Counted from the stretch's first letter, positions 41,827 to 55,351 are shown. The stretch is 64,000 bases of DNA from Octopus vulgaris (GCA_951406725.2 OX597818.1:63240001-63304000), one strand, 5' to 3'. Notes: a model not told the origin generated them from the letters alone. A program made the numbers and translations.

Positions 41827-44821
41827 TAGTGATAACTCGTTATCTCAACCCGAGCAATCAACGCCTGAATTATATTAGATAAAGGAACCGGATTAATACA
41901 TTTTAAAAAATAAATTGAATATGCTAGATTTTTTTCAAAATTATTTTATTCTGTACCGATTCGTACGTAGTCAACTGTGTGGACTTGTTTTGACTATTCG
42001 CAACAACCATGGCATTATGTGATCCATAAGAAATATTAGCAGTAAGAAACAGTGAGAGTGAGAGAGAAAGTGAGAGAGAGGTCGTGTTTAAAATGTCTTG
42101 AAATAGAAACAACGTTTGAGTTCATATTCCATTAAAAAAAAACAAACATTATTTACCAAGTGATGGAGCGTCCCAAAATTTCACTTTTTTAAATAGGTAT
42201 ATGTTTGTTTCTTCTTTTCATTTTACTCTTCACTTTGTTTCATTTGTTTTATAAAAATAATATTAGATACCACATTTCATCTGGCATTGCTTATCAGCTT
42301 AATTATTTTCAAAAATGATTGCATAACTATATAATTATCTAATATTTTCTCCATGCCTGGTTGCATCTACATTTTAGTATGAAATGTCACGAAAATAGTA
42401 TAGAACAATGTTATATTCTATCTAAATAGCTTGGATATAACTGAATGACAGGGATACCTGAATGGAGTGAACATTTCAAAATTTAAGGAAAACAATTTTC
42501 AGACTCTTAATAATGAAGCATGTGAAGTAAATTCAGTTCTACAACCAGGTTCTTACCAATAATTATGTATCTTAATACGAAAAATAGATTTCATATTTTC
42601 TATTGTAAATTCGCCTCCAGAAACAGCCGAATGGATATAATTTGTTATAATTCGTTAATATACAGAAGTATATTACCACTTTGTACATGTATATGATACT
42701 TTTTGAAGCAGTTTATGTTTTATATTCATTTAAAAACTAGAACTTATTATAAGTTCCTACTTTTTATGCTACTACAGACGTTCTCTTATTTGTAAAGAGT
42801 CTGTGTGATTGGAGACAGAAACGTGAGTAATTGTACTGGAAGTTGCTTTGAAATTCTGACAATATCGCCTCTGGAAAATGTCAAGCTAAAGAAAAAAATC
42901 TAATAATTTACATTTCTTCTATGAATGGATAAAAGAATATGTAAATCACATCAAATGAGATTACTATTAACAACAGTTATTTGGAAATACTTGCTTCGAA
43001 TATCGAAATACGTGAATTAATTTCAGAAACTTGAGGCTGATATTGTGGTGTCTATATAAAAGATTATATTAACATATCTTCGTAATGGTCACCAAATTTA
43101 GCAGCAGGAAAGGAGGGATGCACATTTGAAATGACAATGCGTATATATTGTGGACTTCAAATGTCACTTGGTTCCATTCAAGATATCAACCAATAAACAA
43201 ATGTTTTATGCTTCAAATAACACTGCTAATCTCAATGTTTCTTAACTATGTTAAAACGGGTTCTCTGTATGTAATTGCCATTTCAATCATTAATCTAATT
43301 CCTGACTTTAATGTATTTTATGAAACGCAGGAATTGAAAATAGAATTTTTCTTTTTACTTCATATCTAAATGCTATATTGTATTATCTTTAACAATATTC
43401 AAAGAAATTATCCGCGGCAGATTTTATAAAATCTCATATAAATCTTGTAGTATATATTTAACATATATGCCAATATTTCTTTATTTGTAAACTGTTACTA
43501 TCATTAACGGATAGCATCAATAAATATCAGGAAGATAAATGACAAGGAGGTTAGCTAATGAGCTAGAAAACCATGTATCATATATTCAAAAAGAAGTCTA
43601 GAAGTACACATATGAATATATTTGAAGTTAATTTTAATGTCAATGATAGATAATAAAATATAGAACTTGTGAGAATAATTACAAGTGCTGCATGCATAAA
43701 AACACATATATTTGTTTACTGTCAATAGCTTACAAAAATGAAGTTATAGCCCAATAATACAGGTTATGACAAAGACGTAGTTTAAATACAATTTAACTAA
43801 ACAATTTCACTTCATTAATGTGTCTGCTAAATCTATAGATTTACGTAGCATTCATAAAAATGCTAGGTCGGTTGGAGAATTTAATAACTATGAATTACAG
43901 TAAATGAAAATCAGTAACAGAATCTGAATAAAAATACTCTTAAACAGAAAAAAAACACAAGTAATAGAGCTAACTTACATTAAATGTATTATAGTATAAT
44001 TTGATAGACAGAATATAATGTAATACAATAGTAATATATCAGAGGATATTTTGATAGATTGAACGTATGAAATTCAATATAGTTGTACAAATAAACATAG
44101 ATTATCAATATAAAGAAAACAATTATTATAATAATTGAAGGAGACGTGTCAGCTGTATGGAATTATTAAAATAAGAGCCAGATGGAAATGAGGTAGATTT
44201 TGAAAGAATGTCTGCTATGGGAGGAACCCACGGTCCAGCATTTTGAATAAGTGCCTTCTTCATTATTTCCAAGTGTGTATGCGTGCTTGTATCAATCTGC
44301 GTTTCTATGAATTACGATTGTCAGGTGTCAGGGACCTGTAGATAACAATTGGAGAAATAATAATCGATAGGAGTATCAAAATCAAACGATTAACGTAGTT
44401 GATGTAATAAAGAAAAACACCTGAATATTTGTCAACAGCATTGCACGGGTTCAAAGAGAGAAAGTAATAAGTTGATAAAATAATATGAAATACACAATAA
44501 TGTCGAATCCAAATTAGTATGCATTCTCTCGATATACACTTTAATATCTGATTGGATACATTTTGTGTGAGGTTTGAACAATTCCTATCATAGTATAGCT
44601 ACATTAACTGCATTATAGTATAATGTCATAGAGAGAATATAATGTAATACAGGAATATATCATAGAATATTTTGATAGACTGGAGACAGAGCCTCAGAAT
44701 ATTGAGTTAAAGAAGTAAAGGATAACAGATGAATTCCATTTTGATAAATACAAGCAATCAGGTGAATCAGTGCAAAGTGTGAAGAAATACATATATCTCT
44801 CATTCTCTCTCTCTCTTCCAA

Positions 44822-44899
<78 letters not shown>

Positions 44900-45137
44900 T
44901 ACATATATAGACGAGTGGGCGGATAAAGAAAAAAACAAGGAACAACCTAGTAGGAGTTACATATGTCATTATATAAAACTGTTTGAGTCGGTCCATGCCA
45001 TTTAAATCTTAGCATACCTCAACGCCAGTGTAGCCCATTGAGGTCTGGATTATCGAATAAAGGACTCATGCAGTCGGGTCAAAGTGTTCCAGTAAAAACC
45101 ATAATAATAAAAACGAAAGAAATGATATATATATACA

Positions 45138-45365
45138 GGCGGCGAGCTGGTAGAAACGTTAGCACGCCGGGCGAAATTTGTAGCCGTATTTCGTCTGTCG
45201 TTACGTTCCGAGTTCAAATTCCGCCGAGGTCGACTTTGCCTTTCATCCTTTCGGGGTCGATAAATTAAGTACCAGTTACGCACTGGGGTCGATGTAGTCG
45301 ACTTAATCCCTTTGTCTGTCCTTGTTTGTCCCCTCTGTGTTTAGCCCCTTGTGTGTAGTAAAGTA

Positions 45366-45368
<3 letters not shown>
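45138..45368 (+). mobile_element. Full-length tRNA-derived SINE
   Basis: ggcggcgagctggtagaaacgttagcacg head, B box gagttcaaattcc, conserved core cctttcatcctttcggggtcgataaattaagtaccag. It is inserted in (TA)n. Confidence 0.92.
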
Positions 45369-45404
<36 letters not shown>

Positions 45405-45977
45405 ATTTTATTATTTTGCTGCATATATTGTAGTGCAAACTTTTATGTGACACCATGATGTATTAATTCTAATGGAGAATTCCCACACCACTTCATCATT
45501 TTAAGAAAGATTCGTTATTCTATAGGACATTCGAATTATGCAAGAGATTATGGGATTGTACTCCATCCCGAGCAAAAATATTTGTCAAACAGTGTAGAAA
45601 GAAACACAACAAGATGCGAATAGAAACACAGATATATTAGCAAATACATATCCGCACAAAATCACACGAAACATATGTAAACAAAAGTAGGTGTTGAAAA
45701 GATCTTCGCTTTAAGGATAACGCGAAAGGCCTGCTTGGAGATCTTAGAAAATCTGAAGTACTGCTGCAATAAGTTTTGAGTAAAATCACAATTTAATGAG
45801 TCTCTTGCACTACTTTCTTTTACTCAATATGAACATCAGCCGAAATTGCGAGGATGATCCGGTTCTTGACTGAAGATTGAAGGCTTCGAATGTCCCGTCC
45901 GTGTTTTTTGTATCGTCTTCTAAATGTTTTGCGTTCTTGGCCCAGTTTGTATTTTTTTACATATACATATATATATA

Positions 45978-46152
45978 TAGTTCTATATTTAAGAGATGAA
46001 TTATGTACATTATTTACATTTGACGGATATTTGTTCTCATCTTTGTTGTTGACACAAAGTTTCGTCTGATATACCCCCCCCCCCAACCTTCATTTGGTGT
46101 CTTGGGGAAATTTCGAAACTGGGTTCTCATTTCTAAGGTATTTTCGAAGTTG

Positions 46153-46217
<65 letters not shown>

Positions 46218-46395
46218 GAGGGCACTGGCTGGAATATAACTCGGAATCTTGGGGTTAGTAGCCTGCGCTCTAAACCCCTAGGCCATATGCCGTGGGCCTA
46301 GTGGTTAAGAGCGTGGTCCACTAACCCCAATATTCCGAACTCGATTCCAGGCAGCGACCTGAATAATAAATAATGTAAATAATGTAAATAATGTG
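45978..46395. mobile_element. tRNA-headed element with an (AAT)n linker and a decayed hammerhead (- strand, 46291 to 45978), plus a head-to-head inverted partial copy (+, 46292-46395)
   Basis: 46218-46284 and 46295-46362 are inverted tRNA-like arms (ggcctagtggtt A box, tcgattcc B box). The - strand at 46101-46051 reads GACAC-CAAATGA-A-GGTTG..CAGAC-GAAA-CT-TT-GTGTC. Confidence 0.7.
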
Positions 46396-46397
46396 TG

Positions 46398-46433
<36 letters not shown>

Positions 46434-46779
46434 AAAGTATGGACGTATGTATGTATATGTGTGTGTGAGTTTATGCGTATTCCACATAATTTCCGTCCAC
46501 CAAATTCTATATGGATTGGTAGACTAGGATTTAGAGAATGAAATACTTGCCCAAGTTTTTGCGGCTTTGAACTGAAAGTGAAACGACATGGTTGTGAAGA
46601 GCACCTCTTAACTTTTGTTCTCATGTATGGCACACCTGCAGCGATTCTCTGACACTGCGATGTAAGTTTTCCCGATTGATATCCAGTTCTCCAGCAGCCG
46701 TTCAACGCTTGGCCGAACAGCATTTGTTATTCTTATTTGTTATTTGTTATTCCATTGTGTTCTTTGCCTGACTCTTGTA

Positions 46780-47100
46780 TGAAAATATTGTCGAAAGCTT
46801 TGCTTCTTCCGGTATGACCATAATAGTCAAACTTTAGTAATTGTAGCATGTTTAGGAGTTTTCGCTTTTCAAATCCTACCTTTTAACCCGACAATCATTA
46901 TAAAATATTCGTAAGATTCAAAAATGGGGAAGGATTCCGAGAGATATGTATCACTTCTGTATATTTATTAAGCATCTACATTAATAGCATATCGCCAGAA
47001 ACAATACAGGAAGAATTTGACATGAAATTACATGGCATGCATATTTCTAATCTCAGGAATGCAGATAATACAACTTAACCGTGAGCCAATTCCGTAGATG
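46780..47100 (+). mobile_element. Decayed RTE-clade (BovB-like) reverse transcriptase fragment
   Basis: GKGFR-x-ICITSVYLLSIYINSI...MKLHGMHISNLRNADNTT resembles GKGVRQGCILSPYLFNLY...IKIAGRNINNLRYADDTT. Confidence 0.7.
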
Positions 47101-47879
47101 CTCGCGTTAGTGCTTCCTTTATTTCATATAATGCGATTGTGGTAAACGTGCGTCACCGTCTTTTTCTAATCTTCGCTTCAAACAATTGTCTGTTCTTGAA
47201 GAAATGTCACCTTAATTTGAATTGGGTGAATGTTGGCAAGAAGGACATATAGCTGTAGAAAATTAGGCCTGAATAAAGTACGTCCGACCTACGCGGGCAC
47301 AAGAATTTGAGAGAGAAATGCAATCACTGCACTGAAGTATAGTTTTAAACAGCATAAATCACAGTTAAAATACGTTTCTAGAAAGACCTGGCATAAAATT
47401 TTGGCAATATTGATTGGAAATAAAATATATTTTATAAATATTGAAAGAAGTCAATACATGTTGAAGTCGAGGTGGTGAGCAAATATATCTGAAATGAAAG
47501 CGAGCATGCGCATACGACAAAACACTCGGAGTAGAAGTCCTAAGTTTATTCAATCGGTGAAATATTACAACGCGTTTAACAGTGTGCTGTTGGTATTGTT
47601 GTGCCACATCATATAATAGTTATATTATGCAGTTACACATTCCTCAAAATCTAAAGATACGAAGCAAGAAGGTCGTGCGTAATTTTATCGATCTCATTAT
47701 CTATAATCTAATGAAATCTATAGTATTTGTGAACAAATAACAAAATGAAAACATGTGTCATACATAGACTGAGAAGAATCCTGGAGCGTTTAGATTGGGT
47801 GTAAAAGCATTGCATCGTAATAACATAATAGAATTTACGCAACCAATACATATTCCTCACCATACTAAGTTTACATAGG

Positions 47880-48225
<346 letters not shown>

Positions 48226-48707
48226 AGCAGGTACCGGTATTACCTATTTAAGCGATTATGAATACAAATGTCCAAAAAGACAAACGTAAAACCTCACAAA
48301 TATTGCTATGTGAAGGAAGATAAATATAAACAAAATACTATACAACATAAATATAACATAAATCATGTTTGTGGAGATTTTGTGTGTTGACTGCTCAAAT
48401 AAATAAAAAAAATAAAAGACAACATTATTTTATTTTACTGTATTTTTCGTATGTATATTTTGGTAACGAAATTCTTCATCCTATAAAGACAGTAATCAAA
48501 TCCTACTTTCCACATTTATACCATGTGAAGGAAGATCAAATCATGCTCTCGCAGTGCCAGCCACTTCAAAGTTCAGCTGAAAGCAGCTAAAATATTCCCA
48601 AGCTATATATTAAGCAGGTAAACGTACCTTTCATGTTTCAGTCCGTGCAAGCAATATATGTATGTATGTATGCATGGGTGTAAGTTTATATATATAAGTG
48701 TAAGTGC

Positions 48708-48766
<59 letters not shown>

Positions 48767-49020
48767 GTGTTTGTGTGTATGTATGTATATTGTGTGTACG
48801 CATGTATCGTATATATGGCTTTAGTATTAAGAAATACGTATTTCTGTGGCTGTATGTTTGGGTGGGTATATATATGCGTGTATACGTGGATACACATACA
48901 CACATGTGCGTCACAGGTATCTTTGTGTGATTATGTATACGTAGAGAGTTTATATGAATTCACTTCCCTGATACATATGGATTCTTACATTCGACAACTT
49001 GCGTGTTATAGTTTATAAGT

Positions 49021-49071
<51 letters not shown>

Positions 49072-49163
49072 CTAACATTAACATCAATACATATAAATTC
49101 GTATATATGTATATATATATGCGTATATATGAATATAAATATATATACATGTATATATATATG

Positions 49164-49211
<48 letters not shown>

Positions 49212-50267
49212 TTACATGAATGTAATATGTTTATATATAAATACACGTTTACATGGCAATATTTCTGAATGTATGTATACATCAATGTAAATAGATATTG
49301 ATTTTCATGTGTGCAAATGCTTATAAATCTATTTATATTAATGTGTCTGGATATATGGACATAATATATACACATTACAAACATCTATTGTATACGCGTG
49401 TGTATATATATCTAGATACACACACACACACATAAATATATATATGTATATACCCATGCATAACTATACGTGTATACATATGTATACTTACGTAAATAAT
49501 ATATATAAATACACTCATATATATACATATGTATACACATATATATATTATACCTACTTATACACACATATTTTTATATGTATGTATTTATGTGGGTGTA
49601 TTAGAATCCCGATGTCTGCATGATCAGTTATACATAATCTATCCGAATTTGTATATGTCCGTGTATCTCCGTATTCATTCGTGTGCATCTGGTGTTGTCT
49701 GTGTCAACATAAATCATTGTTTGAAGTTCTTATGATCAGGTATTCGGGTTAAAATCATTTTATACGTACCTCCATTTATAAATACGGATATGAATGCGCA
49801 TGAATATATTTATATATAAAGTGTGTTTAATGCCTATACCTTATCATAAGAACATCAAACAATTATTTATGTTCAAATATATACATTTCACCAATCACAC
49901 AGTATAGAGGAAGTAATTTATTAAATTTAGCTAACATGATATGCAATTAATATCGAAATGTAAAAAAGAGAAGAAAAATGGATGTATTATTGCATAATAT
50001 ATTCCTTCCTATCTGGTTTTTGCACGAGATTATACGGTAATTCAATGTTTCTAGAATAAAATATAACCAGCACAATAAAGGAAAGATAACTGCTGAAAGT
50101 TTTATAGTTGTTTCAATATATTCAGATTCACATTCAGAGTCACGTGTGTATAAGACGTGTACGTATACACAGACGCACGCACATGAACACACACACACAA
50201 ATATATTTATATATATATATATACATACATATATGCATATATATACATAAATATATATATGTAGATG

Positions 50268-50309
<42 letters not shown>

Positions 50310-50351
50310 TATATATGTATATATATGTATATATATATACATACATATATG

Positions 50352-50419
<68 letters not shown>

Positions 50420-50624
50420 CATGAATATATGTATATATACATATAAATATATGTGTATATATATGTAGATAGATATACATATGTACATTCATATAAAAAC
50501 GTTTACCTAAGTGTACAAATATTATATATATATATATATATACTTTGATACTTTGATAGGTTTCGGCCATTATTGGCCCAGGCCATGTCTAACTTGATAG
50601 CACCACTTGGTGAAGTCTTTCAAG

Positions 50625-52421
50625 TCAGAATTTGGGCACTATGGCCCACTCAAGTAGAGAGTTATTGTTTACAGAGACATATCCGGGTGTAGGGGGTTTA
50701 TCCGGGATTTCTTGAAGGAATCTGTCCAAAGATTTCTTGAACCCTATAGGGTCAGTTTCTTTTTTAATGTGTTTTGGTGTAATGTTAAAGAGAGCGGGGC
50801 CAATTGAGGTGAAATAATTGTGCCGTATTGTTGTTATGCGATGAGAGTGCGATTTTTGTTTTGGGCGGATGGCACGGGGCCCAAGCCTTGGATGTACCTT
50901 AAAGGTGATGCCAACATCATTTGGGCAATGCTGATGGAATATTTTCCAAATCATGCAGATGATGTAGCGCTCACGACGACGTTGGAGAGAATAGAGTTTT
51001 AGCTTTTCTAGTCGACCCCAATAGTCGAGGCCTGTCATGCCATCTATCTTTTTTGTGATTGCCCTTTGAGGTGCTTCAACTTTTATGATACCTTGTATTG
51101 TGTGGGGAGACCACAGTGGACAACAGTATTCAAGGTGGGGTCGGGCAAAAGTGGAGAAGAGAAGGATAATGGTGTGGATATCTCTCGACTGGAAAGTTCT
51201 GAGAATCCAGGAACACATTCTGTGGGCCATGTCAACTTTGGTGTTTATATGAGTGGCCCAGCTTATGTTGTTGTCCACAATTACTCCCAAGTCTCTGATG
51301 TTGTTGGACGCCGCGAGAGTTTCACCTGAAGGAAGGGAGTATGGGAGTGTCAGGGCATCCTCATTTCCAAAGTAGATTAATTCAAATTTATCCTCGTTCA
51401 GCAGCATATTGTTTTTTTCTGCCCTTTGGATAACAGCCAGTAGATCTGACTGAAGGCATGTCCGGTCACTCGCCTCATTTATGACCTTCTGTAGCTTGGA
51501 ATCATCTGCAAAGATTTTTATGTTGCTGTGCTTGATGATGTCATTAATGTCATTAATGTAAATGATGAAAAGAAGTGGGCCCAGCACAGTGCCTTGCGGA
51601 ACGCCACTACTGACTTTGGCTGGGCTTGATTTTACCCCTTCAACTACAACATGTTGAGATCTGTCTGTCAGGAAACACTTGATCCATTTCAGTAACTTTC
51701 CAGAGACACCAATGTTGGATAGTTTTTTCAATAGGATCTTGTGATCGACCCTGTCGAAGGCCTTACTGAAATCAAGGTAGATGACATCGGTGTTGGAGCC
51801 CTCTCCCAAAGCTCTCAAAATGTCATCAAAGTGATGCAGGAGCTGCGTTAGGCAGTCCCTTCCATTACGGAACCCATGTTGGTTAGAGATCAGCCGTCTG
51901 TTGCTTTCCAGAAATTGGGTTATTCGAGATCTCACCACCCTCTCAAATACCTTGATGATATGAGAGGTGAGTGAGATCGGACGGTAGTTCACTGCAAGGG
52001 ACTTGTTTCCCTTTTTGAAAACTGGGACAACAGACTGGGACAGAAGGTTTTTTGGAATATAGCCAGCGTCCAGTGAGTTTCTCCACAGATTAGCAAGGGG
52101 AGATGCAAGTTGGTGTCGACACACCTTCAGGACACAAGCAGGGAACCTATCGGGGCCTACTGCTGAATTGTGTTTTATTTCGTTTATCGCCGCTAAGACA
52201 TCAGGGGCACTAAACGTTATGTCCGATATAGTGTGTTGGGGGTTGACATCACTGATACAGCCCAGATCGGCCATATCAGGATTGCTGAAAACAGAGCAGT
52301 ATTGTTTCTGCAGTATCTCGGCCATGGATTTGGCATTATCTTGGAGAGTGCCATTTTCATCAGTTAGAGGGCCAACAGTGGAGACAGTGACCCTGCGTTT
52401 CCTCGCAAATGAAAAGAACAC
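50625..52421 (-). CDS. LINE ORF2 reverse transcriptase part (598 aa open)
   Basis: AVGPD, NYRPISLTS, QHGFR, YLDFSKAFDRVDH, SGVPQGTVLGPLLF, FADDSK, RDLGV, RPHLEYC. Confidence 0.96.
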   Translation of the reverse strand: MFFSFARKRRVTVSTVGPLTDENGTLQDNAKSMAEILQKQYCSVFSNPDMADLGCISDVNPQHTISDITFSAPDVLAAINEIKHNSAVGPDRFPACVLKVCRHQLASPLANLWRNSLDAGYIPKNLLSQSVVPVFKKGNKSLAVNYRPISLTSHIIKVFERVVRSRITQFLESNRRLISNQHGFRNGRDCLTQLLHHFDDILRALGEGSNTDVIYLDFSKAFDRVDHKILLKKLSNIGVSGKLLKWIKCFLTDRSQHVVVEGVKSSPAKVSSGVPQGTVLGPLLFIIYINDINDIIKHSNIKIFADDSKLQKVINEASDRTCLQSDLLAVIQRAEKNNMLLNEDKFELIYFGNEDALTLPYSLPSGETLAASNNIRDLGVIVDNNISWATHINTKVDMAHRMCSWILRTFQSRDIHTIILLFSTFARPHLEYCCPLWSPHTIQGIIKVEAPQRAITKKIDGMTGLDYWGRLEKLKLYSLQRRRERYIICMIWKIFHQHCPNDVGITFKVHPRLGPRAIRPKQKSHSHRITTIRHNYFTSIGPALFNITPKHIKKETDPIGFKKSLDRFLQEIPDKPPTPGYVSVNNNSLLEWAIVPKF

Positions 52422-53736
52422 TTTGGGTTGAGTTTGATTTTTTCAATGGCCCACTTCTCCTCAGCTGATCTTTGGTTATTGATGAGAGTCTTCATGCATT
52501 GTTGGAGGTTATATTTTCGGGATTCAAGCAGTGCGATAGCCGTCGAATGTGTGTGTTGCTGTTGGCAGTACTTTAGTTTGTTAATTTTTTTGTTTGTTCT
52601 TTTTATTTTTCTGATAATGGTTTTTCTGTTTTGGGGGATTCTGCACTTTTTGTTCACAGGTCTTGGTGGGGAGTGTTTTGCACATATGTCTGTGACGGTG
52701 TCTACAAAGATCTGCCAAGATGTTTTATGGTTGGTGGAGATGTGTGTATGTGTAAAGGACCAGTCAACATGTGATAGCTCGTTCCTGATTGCATCCCAGT
52801 TGGCATTATGGAGATCCATGTTGTCAAATGGGTGGGCTGGAGGGAGGTCACTAGGATTAGCTTTCGGCTGGTGGAATTTCATGTTACAGAGAACCATGTC
52901 ATGGTCTGAAAGAAGGGTTTTTTCCACTGTAAAGTTATGTATAGTGTTAGTGTGGTTACTAAACACTAGGTCCAAAGTGTTCTGATGTCTTGTTGGTGCA
53001 AGGACAAGTTGGGACAAGAAAAACTCATTCGTAAAGTCGAAAAGTGACTCTGCTGCTTCTTTGTCAGCGGTTGAGGCGGGAGTGCTTGGTTTCAAACAGG
53101 TTTGTAGTCCAGTCAACACAGGGTAGATTGAAGTCTCCCATCATGAGTAGGTTGCTAGAATGGCACTGTTGAATAAAGCACTTAATGCTGTTGAGGCATT
53201 CTTTAAAGCACAGTATGGGTGTTTGGGGCGGCCTATAGAGCCCAATTACTGTCAGGTCATTGGCTTTGTTGTGCACGGTAACTGATTCACAGTAGCCGTT
53301 GGAGAATATACTATTTCCATCTGCCGTAAACGAATCATGCAGGAAAATGGCAGTTCCACCCTTCCTTCTGCCGATACGATCCGCGCGGATGGTTGTGAAA
53401 TTTTCACTCTCACTTCGGCTTCCAAGTGGGAGTTGTCAAGGTGGGTCTCAGTGAGAATGAAGAAAGGGATGTGGTGTGGATGGTTACCAACCCAGTCTTC
53501 AATGAATTGGACCTTCCATTTTTGTGCATTGATGGAAGGGCTGACACCTTGTGCATTGAGTAGAAATGTGAAGGTTAGTGTAGTGGCTGGTTTTGACTGT
53601 TGCAGGGGGCTTGGATTTTTTGTGTGTGCTAGTGGCAGCAATGTGGGGAATTGGTGCCCTGGGGTAATAGCATAGGATGGTGTTGAGTGATGGCTAGAAT
53701 ATTTTTGTGTATCTCTTTTGCCATGTTCAACATGGC
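52364..53736 (-). pseudogene. LINE ORF2 N-terminal part (APE endonuclease plus linker), split over three or four frames
   Basis: Track ORFs 53252-53863, 53064-53276 and 52364-53119 join into one APE domain, with frameshifts near 53400, 53100 and 52425. Confidence 0.9.
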
Positions 53737-54420
53737 TAAAAAGAATTTTCCTGCTTAGGGAGCAGTTTTTGGCTGGAGGTGTGGTTGCACTGTTGGATAG
53801 GGTTGTAGTTTCCACTTTTGTTGTTGTTGTTTTTGTGTCTTCCTGAAAAGACTGGACCAGCATTACTGCAGCATGGTGTGTTTCTATTTTTATTTTTATT
53901 CAGGTTTGTGTGTTGGCTTGAAGCCCCGTTTCTGTTTGTGCGTCGGGTCCCTGGAAGATGAGTGAAGGGACAGTCACTCAGCAGACATGTTCTCTCACGT
54001 TGGGAATACCGGCAGATTTTGGGACTCCGAGTTGTGTGTGTTTTGAATTTCGATTTACTATTTGGTGGTGTTGATGTTATTGTGGGATGCGTGCTTTGGC
54101 CTTGGCCGGTAGTGCGTCTAGTGCCGGGTAGATGCGTGAAGATGCAGTCACTATTTGTGCAGAGTCTCTGGCGCAGTGAATAGCGGCAGATTCTGGGGTT
54201 TCTTGTTTGTGCCGTGGGGAGCGCATTCTGCTTCCTATGTTTCTTTAAGTTGTTGTTACTGCAGTGGTATTGAGGTGATGATGTGGGGGAAGAGAGCAGT
54301 GGTTTCCTTTTTGGTTTTTTGGTGATAGAAGACGATGGTGGCAGCGGTGGTGATGATGATGATGATAATTGTGGTGGTTGCTGCGAGAGCGGTGAAAAGA
54401 TACTGGCATTTAGTGAAGAT
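53736..54420 (-). CDS. LINE ORF1 (start uncertain) with two C-x8-C-x4-C-x3-H zinc fingers
   Basis: [26 protein letters not shown] and [26 protein letters not shown]. The upstream part of the track ORF is microsatellite. Confidence 0.75.
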
Positions 54421-54599
54421 AGAGAGAGAGATACGTGTGTTTGTGTGTGTTTTTGTGTATACATGTGTGTGTCTGTGAATATAGATATGTGTCTACATAC
54501 ATATATACTAAACCTATATATATATTTATATATATGTATATATATAAATATGTATATATATATAAATATATATATATATACATATATATATATACATAC

Positions 54600-54690
<91 letters not shown>

Positions 54691-55078
54691 CATATATATA
54701 TGTATATATACATATATATATGCATAAATATATGTACGCACACATACAGACTTATAGAGAAATCAGCTATCTCCAAAGTATCGAACGCATATATAAATAC
54801 ACATATGTTGATGCGTAGATAAAACGATGAGTTCAGATGGTTGGAATATTGATAGTCGATTGTTTTCTATAAAGATTGCTTGAGCGGATATATTGCGTGT
54901 TTGTAAAACAAGGGTTGGTCTTAGTACACAGTATTGGGAATGGCATCATGACGTCATAGAATCAATAACAAATAAGGAACAGCTAGTGTTTTTATTTTCT
55001 TTTTTTTGGTTTTGAACTGGTCACTGCGGTTGTTTGAATACCGGCCTGTTTAATTCCCTTCTTCTTTCTCTCCCTCTT

Positions 55079-55115
<37 letters not shown>

Positions 55116-55116
55116 A

Positions 55117-55163
<47 letters not shown>

Positions 55164-55292
55164 GCCTGCTCGCTTAGCCAGCGGGGTGGCGTCATTCGAA
55201 GGCTAAAAGAATGCGAACGCATTGTGACCAGCGATGTGTAACAACGTCTGATTGTCTGGTCGGCCACGTGATCACGTGATATATATATATAC

Positions 55293-55343
<51 letters not shown>

Positions 55344-55351
55344 CGTATGTA

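Larger units (their letters stand above)
50542..54420 (-). mobile_element. Near-full-length CR1-group LINE (CCCH ORF1, APE endonuclease, RT) with a few 1-bp frameshifts
   Basis: Collinear ORF pieces: CCCH x2; LLNAQG, LTETHL, LYRPP, GDFNLP, TLDLVFSN, LSDHDMV (APE); RT. The 3' tail is (tcaaagta)2. Microsatellites flank both ends. Confidence 0.93.

Noticed and set aside
46218-46362. Genuine tRNA genes
   Set aside because: The B box and acceptor stem are degenerate and the arms are attached to repeat sequence; treated as tRNA-derived heads. The same applies to the SINE heads.
50555-50600. GGCC-aataat-GGCC-GAAAC in the LINE 3' UTR, resembling hammerhead stem II plus GAAA
   Set aside because: No CUGANGA-like core upstream; more likely the usual LINE 3' stem-loop.
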